Assembly: GCA_050084515.1 (NCBI GenBank)
Contig: CM114271.1
Location: forward strand, 7,750,001-7,814,000
DNA length: 64,000 nucleotides
Origin: Blasia pusilla
Taxonomy: Eukaryota
Direction: 5' to 3'
Under the pieces are notes generated by a model. That model ran no database searches, was not told where the DNA came from, and was given only the letters and a program-made list of their open reading frames with translations. Every line of letters starts with the position of its first letter. The stretch's first letter is position 1. Below, piece by piece: positions 63,275 to 64,000 of the stretch. The position numbers and the translations under genes were made by a program.

Positions 63275-64000
63275 TGTCGTGCGCATACACATCGCTACAC
63301 AACATACATCTTTGTTATCGAACATATCCACAAACACGCATGATCCCATGCTAACTCATGGCATCCAAACAATGAGACAAGAAGTACCAAAATATCTCCA
63401 ATTAAATCAATCAAATCTCTCATAACAAGCTCTCCATGGTGTGGAGAGCTCTCACTTCCCAACTTCCTTCAACATACGGCCTCTTCCCATCCAACCTTGA
63501 TACCGGTGTCCGTTTGTGCACAGCCTCCTTGACCTACTTTTGCATGGCCCTTTCGTGTATCACGGTGACTGACCACATGCTTAGGGTACCCAACCTACTC
63601 CCACTACTACAACTCTTGCCCAACTACCTCCGTTCTCCTTTCCTCCCCCCAACACCTCAACCACGATCGTGTGCCTCGATCTTCGTCAAGGCACACGAAC
63701 TAATGCGGTTGAGCTTGACTTTCTTGGCTTAATATAACCCTTAAGGCCCAAGTGTTCCCTATGTGTGGGACATCTGCGTGCTTTTTCCTCGATTGCGTGT
63801 GATTGTGTAAAGCTCCATATGGCTCTTTCCTCCCATAGCTCTCCCTTGCTTCCTTACTTAGCTTGTGGCATCCAACTTTGTGGCACATATGCTCCTATGT
63901 GTGACCTCACAAACCTGCTCATCCTAATTTCTTTCTCATGCCCTAACTCTTGGATCTGCTCTATGGCTACTTTGGCCTAACAATGACTCTACAACCTAGC
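63275..64000. mobile_element. LTR-like sequence, related terminus to 53813
   Basis: TGTCGTGCGCATACACATCGCTACACAACATACATC nearly identical to 53813-53848. Runs off the window. Confidence 0.55.

Overview
Eukaryotic nuclear DNA, most likely from a non-seed land plant (bryophyte-like); this is inferred from the plant gene families and transposon lineages and the species is not identified. There are two spliced host genes. The first is an uncharacterised, probably plastid-targeted gene (minus strand, 3406 to <146, running off the window). The second is a 13-exon DUF789-family gene (30251-44726) whose predicted N-terminus is a divergent ubiquitin-like domain. Two pseudogenes are present: a protein kinase interrupted by a hAT-type MITE, and an ADS/FAD5-type fatty-acid desaturase fragment. 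The rest is nested, mostly decayed transposons (Ty3/gypsy, Ty1/copia, RTE/RTEX-like LINEs, a CRE-like non-LTR element, CACTA ends). The standout is a Ty3/gypsy element (minus, ~11510-18163) with a DNMT3-like C5 cytosine methyltransferase domain between protease and reverse transcriptase. Next to it is a gypsy RNaseH-integrase fragment ending in a canonical PHD finger, which suggests a retrotransposon lineage carrying its own chromatin writer and reader. Other oddities: an alternating two-family LINE concatemer inside an intron, an Athila-type LTR/PBS lying antisense to adjacent coding remnants in two places, and a solo LTR containing integrase sequence. All calls come from reading motifs by eye; no searches were run and TE boundaries are approximate unless a TSD is given.
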